Origin: Rhodoluna sp.
GTDB taxonomy: Bacteria > Actinomycetota > Actinomycetes > Actinomycetales > Microbacteriaceae
Direction of reading: 5' to 3'
Assembly: GCA_021741685.1 (NCBI GenBank)
Contig: JAIOXI010000002.1
Coordinates: 604-64,603 of the forward strand
Length of the DNA: 64,000 bases
Shown here: positions 1-8,434 of the stretch, piece after piece
How positions within the stretch are numbered: position 1 is the first letter of the stretch
How the letters are laid out: every line of letters begins with the position of its first letter
The notes under the pieces: model-generated
Told to the model about the DNA's origin: nothing
The model's database searches: none
Seen by the model: only the letters and a program-made list of their open reading frames with translations
Program-made: the position numbers and the translations under genes

Positions 1-951
1 AGTCGGGTTTGCGTCTAAAACTTGAGTCTGGTTAGAACTGGCCCCGTCATCGCCGAGCACGATGGTCTCGCGCAGCAGCGAGGTTTCGCGCAAGTGTTCG
101 GTTAGCTCGCTTGCTTTTCGCGGATTTCGCAAATCGGCTTTTGCCTGTATCAAAACTCTATGCAACTCGTTAGCGTCACTGGGGCGATTTTGTGGCAGCT
201 TGGCAGTTGCCCAAAGCACTATTTCATCTAGCAATTCAGGGACGTCGGCATTTAGCGAAGAGGGGGCTGGCACCTCGCTATTTGCATGCTGATACGCAAT
301 CTGAACCGCTTGTTCACCTTGAAAAGGCTGCTTTCCGGTGAGAAGTTCAAACAGCATGATTCCGGCAGCATAGACATCGCTTCTCGCATCAGCGACTCCT
401 CGAGACACCAACTCGGGGCTCATGTATGCCACGGTGCCAACGACCCCGCCAGTTTGAGTTTGCGCCGAGATAGGCCTCGCAAGTCCGAAGTCGCTTAGTT
501 TCACTTTGCCATCGTCAGACAGTAAGACATTTTCTGGCTTGAGATCTCGGTGCAGAATTCCTGCCGCATGAGCCGCAGCCAGAGCCGCAACGATGGGCTC
601 GAATACCTCGAGTGCTCGAGCCGCCGAGAGTGAACCGAAGTCATCGAGAGCTTGTCTGAGAGTTATTCCTGAAACGTATTCCATCGCGAGAAAGACCACG
701 TCGCCATCTTCTGCCTGATCAAAAACATTGACCAGGTTGGGGTGCGAAAGACCTGCAGCAATCTTCGCCTCTCGAACAAACTTTTCTCGAAAGTTTCGAT
801 CATTGGCGAGGTGAGCGTGAATGACTTTGATCGCCACCTTGCGATCCAGCCTGTTGTCTTCGGCCAGATAGACGGTTGCCATTCCGCCTCGAGCAACCAG
901 TTTCTCGATGTGGTAGCGCCCACGGATGAGCCTGCCTACGAGGTCGGCCAC
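1..951 (-). CDS. pknL: Hanks-type Ser/Thr protein kinase (PknL/Stk1-like); 3' part runs off the window
   Basis: Not in the ORF track because it runs off the edge. Manual minus-strand translation from GTG at 951 gives MADLVGRLIRGRYHIEKLVARGGMATVYLAEDNRLDRKVAIK...HRDLKPEN...SDFGLAR...GTVAYMSPE...SDVYAAG. Synteny with an Rv2175c-like gene supports PknL orthology. Confidence 0.93.
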   Translation of the reverse strand, partial: MADLVGRLIRGRYHIEKLVARGGMATVYLAEDNRLDRKVAIKVIHAHLANDRNFREKFVREAKIAAGLSHPNLVNVFDQAEDGDVVFLAMEYVSGITLRQALDDFGSLSAARALEVFEPIVAALAAAHAAGILHRDLKPENVLLSDDGKVKLSDFGLARPISAQTQTGGVVGTVAYMSPELVSRGVADARSDVYAAGIMLFELLTGKQPFQGEQAVQIAYQHANSEVPAPSSLNADVPELLDEIVLWATAKLPQNRPSDANELHRVLIQAKADLRNPRKASELTEHLRETSLLRETIVLGDDGASSNQTQVLDANPT

Positions 952-2354
952 TAGCTATCCTTTAGTTCGTCGAGTTCGACCAACCAATTCCACGCACTCG
1001 GTTCCCACTTGGCGTAAGCAGTTGGATGAGCCGAAACTTGCACTGCCTGCGCAGCCTCAGTTAGCGGCATGGCTTGCCAGTTGGCGAGGTCTAGCAGTCC
1101 TCGAGTACCAGGGCGATTGGGGCTGCCCGGGCCGCCAAAGAAGGCCCTGATGGAAAAGTCGGGCTTCATGATTTGTGACTTGGATCCCCATCCGGCAGAG
1201 GGCCTTTGTTGAAAGAGCCCGACCGAGTCACGATCGCCAAAAGAAATGTTTCTTAGGCTCGACTCCTGCATTGCAGTCGCCAGCGCGATGACTATTCCGT
1301 AGTCACCAATCTGAAGTTGCCTGCCGATAGAAACAATCTGTACCGCATTTTGTCGCATTTCATCGGTCAGGGCGGTCAGCTTCGGGCAATTCAGTGCGTT
1401 GTGCACAGCTGGCACAACTATTTTTTGCCCGATGTAAATAGTTGAGTTCAGGTTGAGTTTGTTTGCCGTCAGCAGAGCTTGCGTCGAGACACCAAACACT
1501 GCTGCAAGTTTGCCGATTGTCTCGCCAGCCTTAATTTTGTGGAACCCGTGAAAAATGCAAATTGTCGTCGGCTTGCCGATTGTGTTTCCGCTGACGTTCG
1601 AACTCTCTTTTGCGCCGGCGTCTGCGGTTGTATCTGGAACCTCGAGTCGCTGCCCGACGAAAATGAGTGAAGTCTTGGTCAAGCGGTTTGCCTTTAGCAA
1701 CGAAGCAAGAGAGATGCCGTGACGTTTAGCAATTTGAGTTAGCGTTTCTCCGCCCTGCACGATGTGTTCACCAGCAGAAATTGAAGGCTGGGTTGTTACA
1801 GACGGATTTACCGCCCTGACCGTCAGCAGTTGACCAGGAAAAATCAATGAGCGTTCTTGAAGTTGATTTAAGGCCAACAGTGTGGGCAACTTTATTGAAT
1901 ACCGGTTTGCAATCTGCGCAAGAGTTTCACCGGACTTTACCTTGTGCTGAACTGCACCGACAACCTTGTCGACAACCGAGGGTTGCACCGCGTTGTCTAC
2001 CAGGCGTAACACCTGACCAGGCATAATCAATGAACTCTCGGTCAATTCATTGATTCGCATCAGCTCTCGACCGGTCAGTGAGAACTTTTTGGCGATTGAA
2101 GAAATGGTGTCTCCGCGCACTACCTGGTAAACGCTCTGTCTTGCCAGCGATCGAGTTGGCGGGTCAGCCGGTTCGCCCTGCGCAGCTTGGCTCGGAACGG
2201 TGTCATCGGGGTTTAGGTTCTGAATTTCGCTGGCATTTGCGATGTCATCGGATGGAATTATCGAGCCAATTATGGTTATGGGCAGCGTAGCTAGAGCCAA
2301 GGCCACTTTTTTAGGGTCTTGGCCGCGCTTGTTGTCGTCGCCTGAGTCGCTCAT
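951..2354 (-). CDS. LysM peptidoglycan-binding protein (4 LysM repeats) with a C-terminal lysozyme-like domain
   Basis: N-terminal hydrophobic segment; four repeats of the type xVxxGDT/ETLxxIAxxxxxxxxxLxxxNxL...I(F/Y)xGQxL; C-terminus with ATAMQES...DSVGLFQQR...AAQAVQVS. Confidence 0.9.
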   Translation of the reverse strand: MSDSGDDNKRGQDPKKVALALATLPITIIGSIIPSDDIANASEIQNLNPDDTVPSQAAQGEPADPPTRSLARQSVYQVVRGDTISSIAKKFSLTGRELMRINELTESSLIMPGQVLRLVDNAVQPSVVDKVVGAVQHKVKSGETLAQIANRYSIKLPTLLALNQLQERSLIFPGQLLTVRAVNPSVTTQPSISAGEHIVQGGETLTQIAKRHGISLASLLKANRLTKTSLIFVGQRLEVPDTTADAGAKESSNVSGNTIGKPTTICIFHGFHKIKAGETIGKLAAVFGVSTQALLTANKLNLNSTIYIGQKIVVPAVHNALNCPKLTALTDEMRQNAVQIVSIGRQLQIGDYGIVIALATAMQESSLRNISFGDRDSVGLFQQRPSAGWGSKSQIMKPDFSIRAFFGGPGSPNRPGTRGLLDLANWQAMPLTEAAQAVQVSAHPTAYAKWEPSAWNWLVELDELKDS

Positions 2355-2435
2355 TTTTCCTTATAGGTCAAGCAATATCGTGCCATCTGGCGGGTTTTTT
2401 ACCCGTCAAGCGCTTCGGTGTGGCACTCTTAACCT

Positions 2436-2783
2436 GTGACTGATGTTTTTGAAAATGTTTCTGAATGGCTCACTGTTCCAGATGTAGCCGAATTGCTCGA
2501 AGTTCCAATGGGGCGGGTTCGCAGGTTAATTGAAGACCACCACCTGATCTCTGTTAAGCGAGACGGTGTTCAATATGTGCCTCGAGAGATAATCGTCGAC
2601 AAAGAGCCTCTACCTAGCCTTCAGGGAACCATCGTGGTTTTGCTTGACGCGGGTTTCACTCTTGATTCCGCAATCGAATGGCTCTATTCGCATAACGACG
2701 TTCTGTCTGAAACGCCAATGGCTGCAATGGTCGCGGGCAAAAAATCTGAGATACGTCGACTGGCGCAGGCTCTAGCTCTCTAG
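2436..2783 (+). CDS. Rv2175c-family HTH DNA-binding protein
   Basis: WLTVPDVAELL HTH start, LxGTIVVLLDAGF, C-terminal IRRLAQALAL; position between the kinase and polyprenyl synthase genes. Confidence 0.88.
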   Translation: MTDVFENVSEWLTVPDVAELLEVPMGRVRRLIEDHHLISVKRDGVQYVPREIIVDKEPLPSLQGTIVVLLDAGFTLDSAIEWLYSHNDVLSETPMAAMVAGKKSEIRRLAQALAL

Positions 2784-3896
2784 CTAGTGGCTTCGATTAA
2801 TCACGAATCGAGCTAGGTCTCGAAGAGCCGACTTAGCCTTGTCGTCAATTTCGATTTCTTCGAGCAACGCGAGCGACTCGGTTCCAAGCTCTTCTAGCAT
2901 CACTTCGGTTTTCTTTAGAGCACCGCATCCAACTATGGTTTGCTGCAGAAATCTAATTTGATCATCGGTCAGTTCTCTAGATGACAGCATGTCATCGAAA
3001 ACTTTTCCGACCGGCCCGTCGAGTGTCTCGCGAGTAAGTCCTACTAGAACAGTTCGCTTGCCTTCTCTGAGGTCGTCACCTGCAGGTTTGCCGGTGACCT
3101 TTGGGTCACCAAAAACACCGAGTACATCGTCGCGAAGTTGAAAGGCGAGACCGAGTGGAATTGCAAACTTTCCTAAGCCGGCTCTGCAACTTTCGCTTGC
3201 GCCTGCAAAAGCAGCGCCAATTAGAAGCGGAGCTTCGATTGAATACTTAGCGGTCTTGTAGAGCATTACTCGGTTTGCCCTGGCCACGGCTTCGCTGACG
3301 TCTCGGCTAGGAGCTGCGTTCTCTTCGAGAACATCTAAATACTGTCCTGCCATAATTTCGACGCGCATGCGGCTGAACTCTTCGCGGCATGCCTTCTCGA
3401 TTTCTGCTGTCGGCGCGTGCAAGAGCGCGTTTCCGAAAATTTCGCTGCTCCAGCTGAGCATCAGGTCGCCGACAAGTACAGAACCGGCCTGACCGAAACG
3501 CTCTTTGCTGCCTGCCCAACCCTCATCGTTGTGAAGTTGTTCAAAGTTTTTATGAACCGCTGGCTTGCCTCGTCTTGTGTCTGATTGATCAAGCAAATCG
3601 TCATGCACCAGCGCGGCAGCGTGGAACATCTCGAGCGCGGCGCAGATTCCAACAATGGCCTTGATCGAACTCTCGCGCTCTTCCGCAGTCCAGTTCTGGC
3701 TTTCGGTCAAGTTTCCGGCCCAGGCCCAATAGCAAAATTGAGCTCGAAAGCGTTTTCCACCCTGAAGCAGGTCTTGGGCGAAATCGACGAGCGGATACAG
3801 ATCCTCAGATATTGCGCCAAAACTCGCACGACGCGTGCGGCAGAAATCGTCGAGCTGATCTTGGATGGCGCTAAGCAAAACTGAGGACTCAAGCAT
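2784..3896 (-). CDS. idsA: Polyprenyl (geranylgeranyl) diphosphate synthase
   Basis: GGKRFR, first Asp-rich motif LVHDDLLDQSDTRRG, GQYLD, KTAKY, second motif FQLRDD, GDDLREGKRT. Confidence 0.93.
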   Translation of the reverse strand: MLESSVLLSAIQDQLDDFCRTRRASFGAISEDLYPLVDFAQDLLQGGKRFRAQFCYWAWAGNLTESQNWTAEERESSIKAIVGICAALEMFHAAALVHDDLLDQSDTRRGKPAVHKNFEQLHNDEGWAGSKERFGQAGSVLVGDLMLSWSSEIFGNALLHAPTAEIEKACREEFSRMRVEIMAGQYLDVLEENAAPSRDVSEAVARANRVMLYKTAKYSIEAPLLIGAAFAGASESCRAGLGKFAIPLGLAFQLRDDVLGVFGDPKVTGKPAGDDLREGKRTVLVGLTRETLDGPVGKVFDDMLSSRELTDDQIRFLQQTIVGCGALKKTEVMLEELGTESLALLEEIEIDDKAKSALRDLARFVINRSH

Positions 3897-3962
3897 GCCC
3901 CAAGCCTAATCTGCGCCGTTTACAAATCGCTCGCCCTTGCTTATGCTCGAACCAGGAGGAAT

Positions 3963-4343
3963 TTGATGGGGCTATCAGAGAGCGAAAAGAGAGTTCTTGA
4001 AGAACTCGAGCGCGGGCTATACGCCGAAGATGCTGCCTTCGAACGCAAATCAAAGGCTCAAATCGAACGTATCGAAGCTCCCGGAGCAAACTCGCCAGCC
4101 AAGGTGATCGCCGGTTCACTTATGGCCGTTGTCGGCATTTCTCTGTTGGTCTTTGGCGCTGTAACGCAGTTTGTGGCATTCGGAGTAGCCGGATTCCTGG
4201 TCATGTTGGTCGGCATACTCATCGCCAGCGCTACTGGCGGCAAGTCCATGGGCCCCGCAAAGAGCCAGAAGCCCAAGCGCGAAGATAAGCCAAACCGGGG
4301 CTCAATGTTCGAAGAGCGTTGGAATAAGCGAACCGACCAGTAA
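3963..4343 (+). CDS. DUF3040-family membrane protein
   Basis: LSESEKRVLEELERGLYAED N-terminus, two TM segments, FEERW C-terminus; typical position upstream of mraZ. Confidence 0.88.
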   Translation: MMGLSESEKRVLEELERGLYAEDAAFERKSKAQIERIEAPGANSPAKVIAGSLMAVVGISLLVFGAVTQFVAFGVAGFLVMLVGILIASATGGKSMGPAKSQKPKREDKPNRGSMFEERWNKRTDQ

Positions 4344-4359
4344 ACAACTCAACTTTGAG

Positions 4360-4389
4360 ATGCACTCCGCCTTGGCGGGGTGCATTTTT
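4360..4389 (+). terminator. Intrinsic terminator after the DUF3040 gene
   Basis: Stem-loop ATGCACTCCGC-CTTG-GCGGGGTGCAT followed by TTTT. Confidence 0.8.
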
Positions 4390-4516
4390 GCATTTTTGAC
4401 CCAAATTTGATCAAATATTTCCAGATTCGTGGGATTTTGCTCCACCTGCCAAATGGCAGTAGAATCGGCCTTTTCCATATCAAAACGTTATAAATAAATG
4501 GGCATTTCGGTCACTT

Positions 4517-4540
4517 GTGGATGGAAGTGGTGTAAAGTGG
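4517..4540 (+). promoter_or_regulatory. MraZ operator: three GTGG direct repeats at a 10-bp period
   Basis: GTGG at 4517, 4527 and 4537 (GTGG-N6-GTGG-N6-GTGG) just upstream of mraZ. Confidence 0.8.
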
Positions 4541-4577
4541 AGAAATCAGGAGCAGTCAAACACTAGGAGGGGAATCC

Positions 4578-5015
4578 GTGTCTACACTCAGCGGCGCTTT
4601 CTATCCAAAACTTGACGAAAAAGGCCGCATCATTCTTCCGGCCAAACTGCGTGAATACTTCGTAAACGGCCTGGTTATGACTCGAGGCCAAGACGGCTGC
4701 TTGCTGGTCTTTACGGCCGCGGCTTTCGAACTGCGCGCTGAAGCTTTAGCGTTGGCGCCACTTACCAATCTCGAAGCACGAAACTACGTGCGCATGTTCA
4801 TGTCGGGCGCCCATTCCGAAACTCCTGACAAGCAGGGGAGAGTCACAATTCCAGTGGCCTTGCGCCAATACGCGACACTGACCCGCGAACTGACTGTGAT
4901 TGGCGCTGGTAACCACGCAGAAATCTGGGATGCCGCCGCCTGGTCGAAATTCGAATCTTCTCAAGAATTCAGTTACTCGTCATTGGCGCAGGAGGTGATT
5001 CCGGGAATCATCTAG
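4578..5015 (+). CDS. mraZ: Division/cell wall cluster transcriptional regulator MraZ
   Basis: Two AbrB-like DxKGR motifs (LDEKGRIILP, PDKQGRVTIP); EIWD; GGAGG RBS. Confidence 0.96.
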   Translation: MSTLSGAFYPKLDEKGRIILPAKLREYFVNGLVMTRGQDGCLLVFTAAAFELRAEALALAPLTNLEARNYVRMFMSGAHSETPDKQGRVTIPVALRQYATLTRELTVIGAGNHAEIWDAAAWSKFESSQEFSYSSLAQEVIPGII

Positions 5016-5118
5016 CCCTGATGCTAGATCTCCACCCGTTCAACCCTGGCACTCTTCCCCGATGCCAGATAACGCGAAAACCAAGCTCGCAGGAATGGAT
5101 GGGGTTCTAGCTTCAGGA
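5016..5118 (+). ncRNA. mraW RNA motif (cis-regulatory structured RNA of Actinobacteria)
   Basis: Long closing stem CCTGATGCTAGA...TCTAGCTTCAGG enclosing hairpin CTGGCA-CTCTTCCCCGA-TGCCAG with the characteristic CUUCCCC loop, lying between mraZ and rsmH. Confidence 0.82.
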
Positions 5119-5130
5119 AACCCGAAGCGT

Positions 5131-6099
5131 ATGAACTCAATCAAAGAAATGAACCAACTGCATGTTCCAGTTTTGCTGGAGCGAACAATCGAGATTCTTG
5201 GCGAATCCATTCAAGGCGCAGATGCCGTTCTCGTGGATTGCACTCTAGGTCTCGGCGGTCACGCAGAGGCCTTTCTCACAAGATTTCCAGAACTCACCGT
5301 GATTGGAATTGATCGCGATGCAAGCGCTCTGGCACTTGCAACCGAGCGTCTCGCAAAATTCGGTAACCGAATCAAGTTCTCGCACGCAACCTATGACCAG
5401 ATTCAGGATGTTTTGAGCGAACACGGTTTTGAAGTTGCCGATGCAATTTTGCTTGACCTCGGTGTCTCATCAATGCAGCTTGACGAAGCAGATCGCGGAT
5501 TCGCATACAGCTTCGATGCACCTCTGGACATGCGCATGGATACCGCTTCTGCTCTCACTGCGGCCAAAGTTTTAAACACCTACCCAGAAGCCGAACTTGC
5601 ACGCATTTTCAAGGAGTTCGGCGAGGAGCGATATGCCAAGCAGATCGCTGCGGCGATCGTAGAGATGCGAAAGAGTGCCCCGTTCGCAACTAGCGCTGCC
5701 TTAGCCAAATTGATTGTCGCCATAGTTCCGTTTATCCCTGGCAGGAGCAAAGGGCACCCTGCCAAGCGAGTTTTTCAGGCGCTCAGAATCGAAGTCAATA
5801 GCGAACTTGAGGTTCTGCAGTCGACGATGCCAGCGTCTATCGAGGCCTTGGCACTTGGTGGTCGAATTCTCGTTTTGGCATACCAGTCGCTCGAAGATCG
5901 CATCGTCAAACAGGCGCTTGTTGCCGCGAGTACATCTTCTGCGCCACTCGACATGCCGGTAGAGCTTCCCGAGCAGGCACCTGTAATGCGTTTGCTCGTG
6001 AAAGGTGCCGAACAGGCAACCGATGAAGAGATTTTGCAAAACCCAAGAGCGGCGTCGGTTCGACTTCGCGCGGCAGAGAAAATTCGGAGAGCAGCATGA
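5131..6099 (+). CDS. rsmH: 16S rRNA m4C1402 methyltransferase RsmH (MraW)
   Basis: HVPVLL, DCTLGLGGH, DLGVSSMQLD, PLDMRM, FQALRIEVN, SLEDRIVK, NPRAAS. Start placed at ATG 5131 (5149 possible) because the 5062 start lies inside the mraW RNA. Confidence 0.96.
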   Translation: MNSIKEMNQLHVPVLLERTIEILGESIQGADAVLVDCTLGLGGHAEAFLTRFPELTVIGIDRDASALALATERLAKFGNRIKFSHATYDQIQDVLSEHGFEVADAILLDLGVSSMQLDEADRGFAYSFDAPLDMRMDTASALTAAKVLNTYPEAELARIFKEFGEERYAKQIAAAIVEMRKSAPFATSAALAKLIVAIVPFIPGRSKGHPAKRVFQALRIEVNSELEVLQSTMPASIEALALGGRILVLAYQSLEDRIVKQALVAASTSSAPLDMPVELPEQAPVMRLLVKGAEQATDEEILQNPRAASVRLRAAEKIRRAA

Positions 6100-6644
6100 G
6101 CGCAATACGTTTGACAGCACCAAGCAGAATTAGCAACCCGGCACCGCGCAGTCTGCAGGCGGTTTCGCCATCGCGTTCAAAGGGATTTAAACTCGGGCGA
6201 ATAGTGCTTGTCAGTTTTGGCGTGACTCAAATTGTTCAATTGTTTCTCGGACTAACCATTTCGCAGAGTGCATATGACTTGAAGGCATTGAAAGTAGAAA
6301 AACTTGAGCTAACCACCCAGGGGCAAATCGTGGGACAGCAGGTTGACTCGCTTAGTTCTCAACAGAATCTGGCTAACTCGGCTTCCGAACTAGGCATGAT
6401 TGCAAATGCGAATCCGGTGTTCTTGAGAATCGAAGATCAAAAAGTTTTTGGCAAGCCAAAAGCCGCACTTAATTCTGCTGGTCGCGTTTCACGCAACAAC
6501 GTTGCATCGGCCGCACTGGTTGAGCGTTCAGTATTGACCGCGGCAACATCTTCGGCGCTTATTGGGAATGTCGCTCAGGCGTCTGGGCTCCGTCAGCCAG
6601 TAGCGTTCTCTACTGAGACCATTCCAGTTTCACCAACTCACTAA
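6096..6644 (+). CDS. ftsL: Cell division protein FtsL-like
   Basis: Single TM followed by a coiled coil ending LANSASELGM; located between rsmH and ftsI. Confidence 0.72.
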   Translation: MSAIRLTAPSRISNPAPRSLQAVSPSRSKGFKLGRIVLVSFGVTQIVQLFLGLTISQSAYDLKALKVEKLELTTQGQIVGQQVDSLSSQQNLANSASELGMIANANPVFLRIEDQKVFGKPKAALNSAGRVSRNNVASAALVERSVLTAATSSALIGNVAQASGLRQPVAFSTETIPVSPTH

Positions 6645-6670
6645 TTGCTTGCGACTTAGGCGGTAGATCG

Positions 6671-8434
6671 ATGCAGCCAGGAAACCCGGCAAAGCGGTTG
6701 AGAATATTCACGGCGATTATCGTCGTGATTGCGGTTTTCTTTGTCGGTCGACTCTTCCAGGTGCAAGTTTTATTGGCAGCAGAGATAAACAAGGAATCTC
6801 TAGCAAGCAGATCTGTTTCCCAGGCCTTGCCATCTCTTCGCGGTCAGATTCTTGACTCAACCGGAAAAGTGCTAGCGAAGAGCGTTTTCAAGTACGACAT
6901 AAACGTTGCGCCGGTGCACGTTGCGCCAATCCAAAAAACCGTTGACGGCGTGAAGGTCGAAATTCCAGTCAGTCAGCTTGTTTCCCAGATTGCTGGCATA
7001 CTCGCGATGACTCCAGAAGAGGTGGCAGCAAAAATTGCTGGCACCGGCAACTATGCAAACATCAAACGTGGGGTCGATTCAAAGGCCTACGATCAAATCA
7101 AGAAACTCGGCATTCACTGGATTTACTACGACAAGCGAAGTTCACGAACCTATCCGAGTGGCGCAGTTGCCGGAAGCGTGCTTGGTTTCTTGAACCCCGA
7201 CGGTGAGCCATTTGGCGGCATCGAGAGTCAATATCAAAAGTGCCTTGCCGGCAAAGACGGAACCGAGTCTTTCGAAAAGAGCGAAGACTGGGTAAAGATT
7301 CCAGACAGCGTGGTGACGACCACTCAGGCGGTAAATGGGCGAAATGTTCATCTAACAATCAATGCCGACCTTCAGTACTTTGCCCAGCAGGTGCTGACCC
7401 AGAACGTTGCCAAACTCAAGGCCGACTGGGCCACCGCAGTGGTCATTGAGGTTAAGACCGGCAAAATATTGGTGGCGGCCGAAGCGCCGACCATGGATCC
7501 AAACGTGCCAGCCAAATCGGATTCCGCAAGCCGCCACTCCCGCGTCTTTGAAAGTGCTTTTGAACCGGGCTCGGTAATCAAGGCTGTCACGGCTGCCACT
7601 TTGCTAGACCAGAGCAAGGCCACTCCAGCAACACAGATTGTTGCCCCTTACAGCTGGAAAGTACCGGGCAGCGGCGGTTACGTTGTCACCGACTCGCACC
7701 AGCACCCACCCGAGAATTTGACGCTGACCGGTGTTTTGCGCGAATCATCGAATACCGGAATCATGAAACTCGGTGACGCGGTTGACGCAAAAACCAGATT
7801 CGATTACTTGGTTAAGTTCGGCATGGGAAAAAAGACGGCATTAAAGTTTCCGGGCGAAGCTTCAGGTATTGCGTTGCCCTACGAAAAGTGGGATGGCATC
7901 AAAAAATACGTGTCAATGTTTGGTCAGGGTTTTTCGGTAACCCCACTTCAGTCAGCCATGATGTACCAAACAATCGCCAATAAGGGCGTAAGCCTTGATC
8001 CGGTGTTGGTTGAGGGTTGCGAAGACGAAAACGGAAATTTGATGCGTGCTTCAACCAAGGACGGAAAGCGCGTCATTTCTGAGAGTTCGGCAAAGTCAAC
8101 CATGGACATGCTAGAAAAAGTCGTTGAGCAAGGTGGCATTGGTAAGAGCGCTGCTGTGCCCGGTTATCGAGTGGCAGGCAAGACCGGCACCGCTCAGATA
8201 ACAGATGCGGCAACAGGAAAGTATGGCAACCTGTTTGCCATTTCCTTCATCGGAATGGCTCCGGCAGAAGATCCGCAGTATGTGGTCGCAGTCACTGCAT
8301 ACAAATCGAGAACAATTCGAAACTCGTTCGGTGCCACTCCAATATTCAAAGCTGTCATGCAGCAGGTTTTGCGAACTTTCAGAGTTGCACCATCAACCAC
8401 CAAGTCTGTGAACATTCCAACGGAGTGGCGCTAA
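6671..8434 (+). CDS. ftsI: Class B penicillin-binding protein FtsI (PBP3)
   Basis: RGxIxD, RxYPxG, EPGSVIK (SxxK), SSN (SxN), KTGT motifs. Confidence 0.95.
   Translation: MQPGNPAKRLRIFTAIIVVIAVFFVGRLFQVQVLLAAEINKESLASRSVSQALPSLRGQILDSTGKVLAKSVFKYDINVAPVHVAPIQKTVDGVKVEIPVSQLVSQIAGILAMTPEEVAAKIAGTGNYANIKRGVDSKAYDQIKKLGIHWIYYDKRSSRTYPSGAVAGSVLGFLNPDGEPFGGIESQYQKCLAGKDGTESFEKSEDWVKIPDSVVTTTQAVNGRNVHLTINADLQYFAQQVLTQNVAKLKADWATAVVIEVKTGKILVAAEAPTMDPNVPAKSDSASRHSRVFESAFEPGSVIKAVTAATLLDQSKATPATQIVAPYSWKVPGSGGYVVTDSHQHPPENLTLTGVLRESSNTGIMKLGDAVDAKTRFDYLVKFGMGKKTALKFPGEASGIALPYEKWDGIKKYVSMFGQGFSVTPLQSAMMYQTIANKGVSLDPVLVEGCEDENGNLMRASTKDGKRVISESSAKSTMDMLEKVVEQGGIGKSAAVPGYRVAGKTGTAQITDAATGKYGNLFAISFIGMAPAEDPQYVVAVTAYKSRTIRNSFGATPIFKAVMQQVLRTFRVAPSTTKSVNIPTEWR

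Noticed and set aside
663-923. 86-aa minus-strand ORF and small plus-strand ORFs at 62-954
   Set aside because: Off-frame or antisense shadows of the kinase gene, whose real frame starts at 951 and runs off the window.
5062-5130. Extended rsmH N-terminus given in the ORF track
   Set aside because: It lies within the mraW RNA structure; homology begins near HVPVLL.
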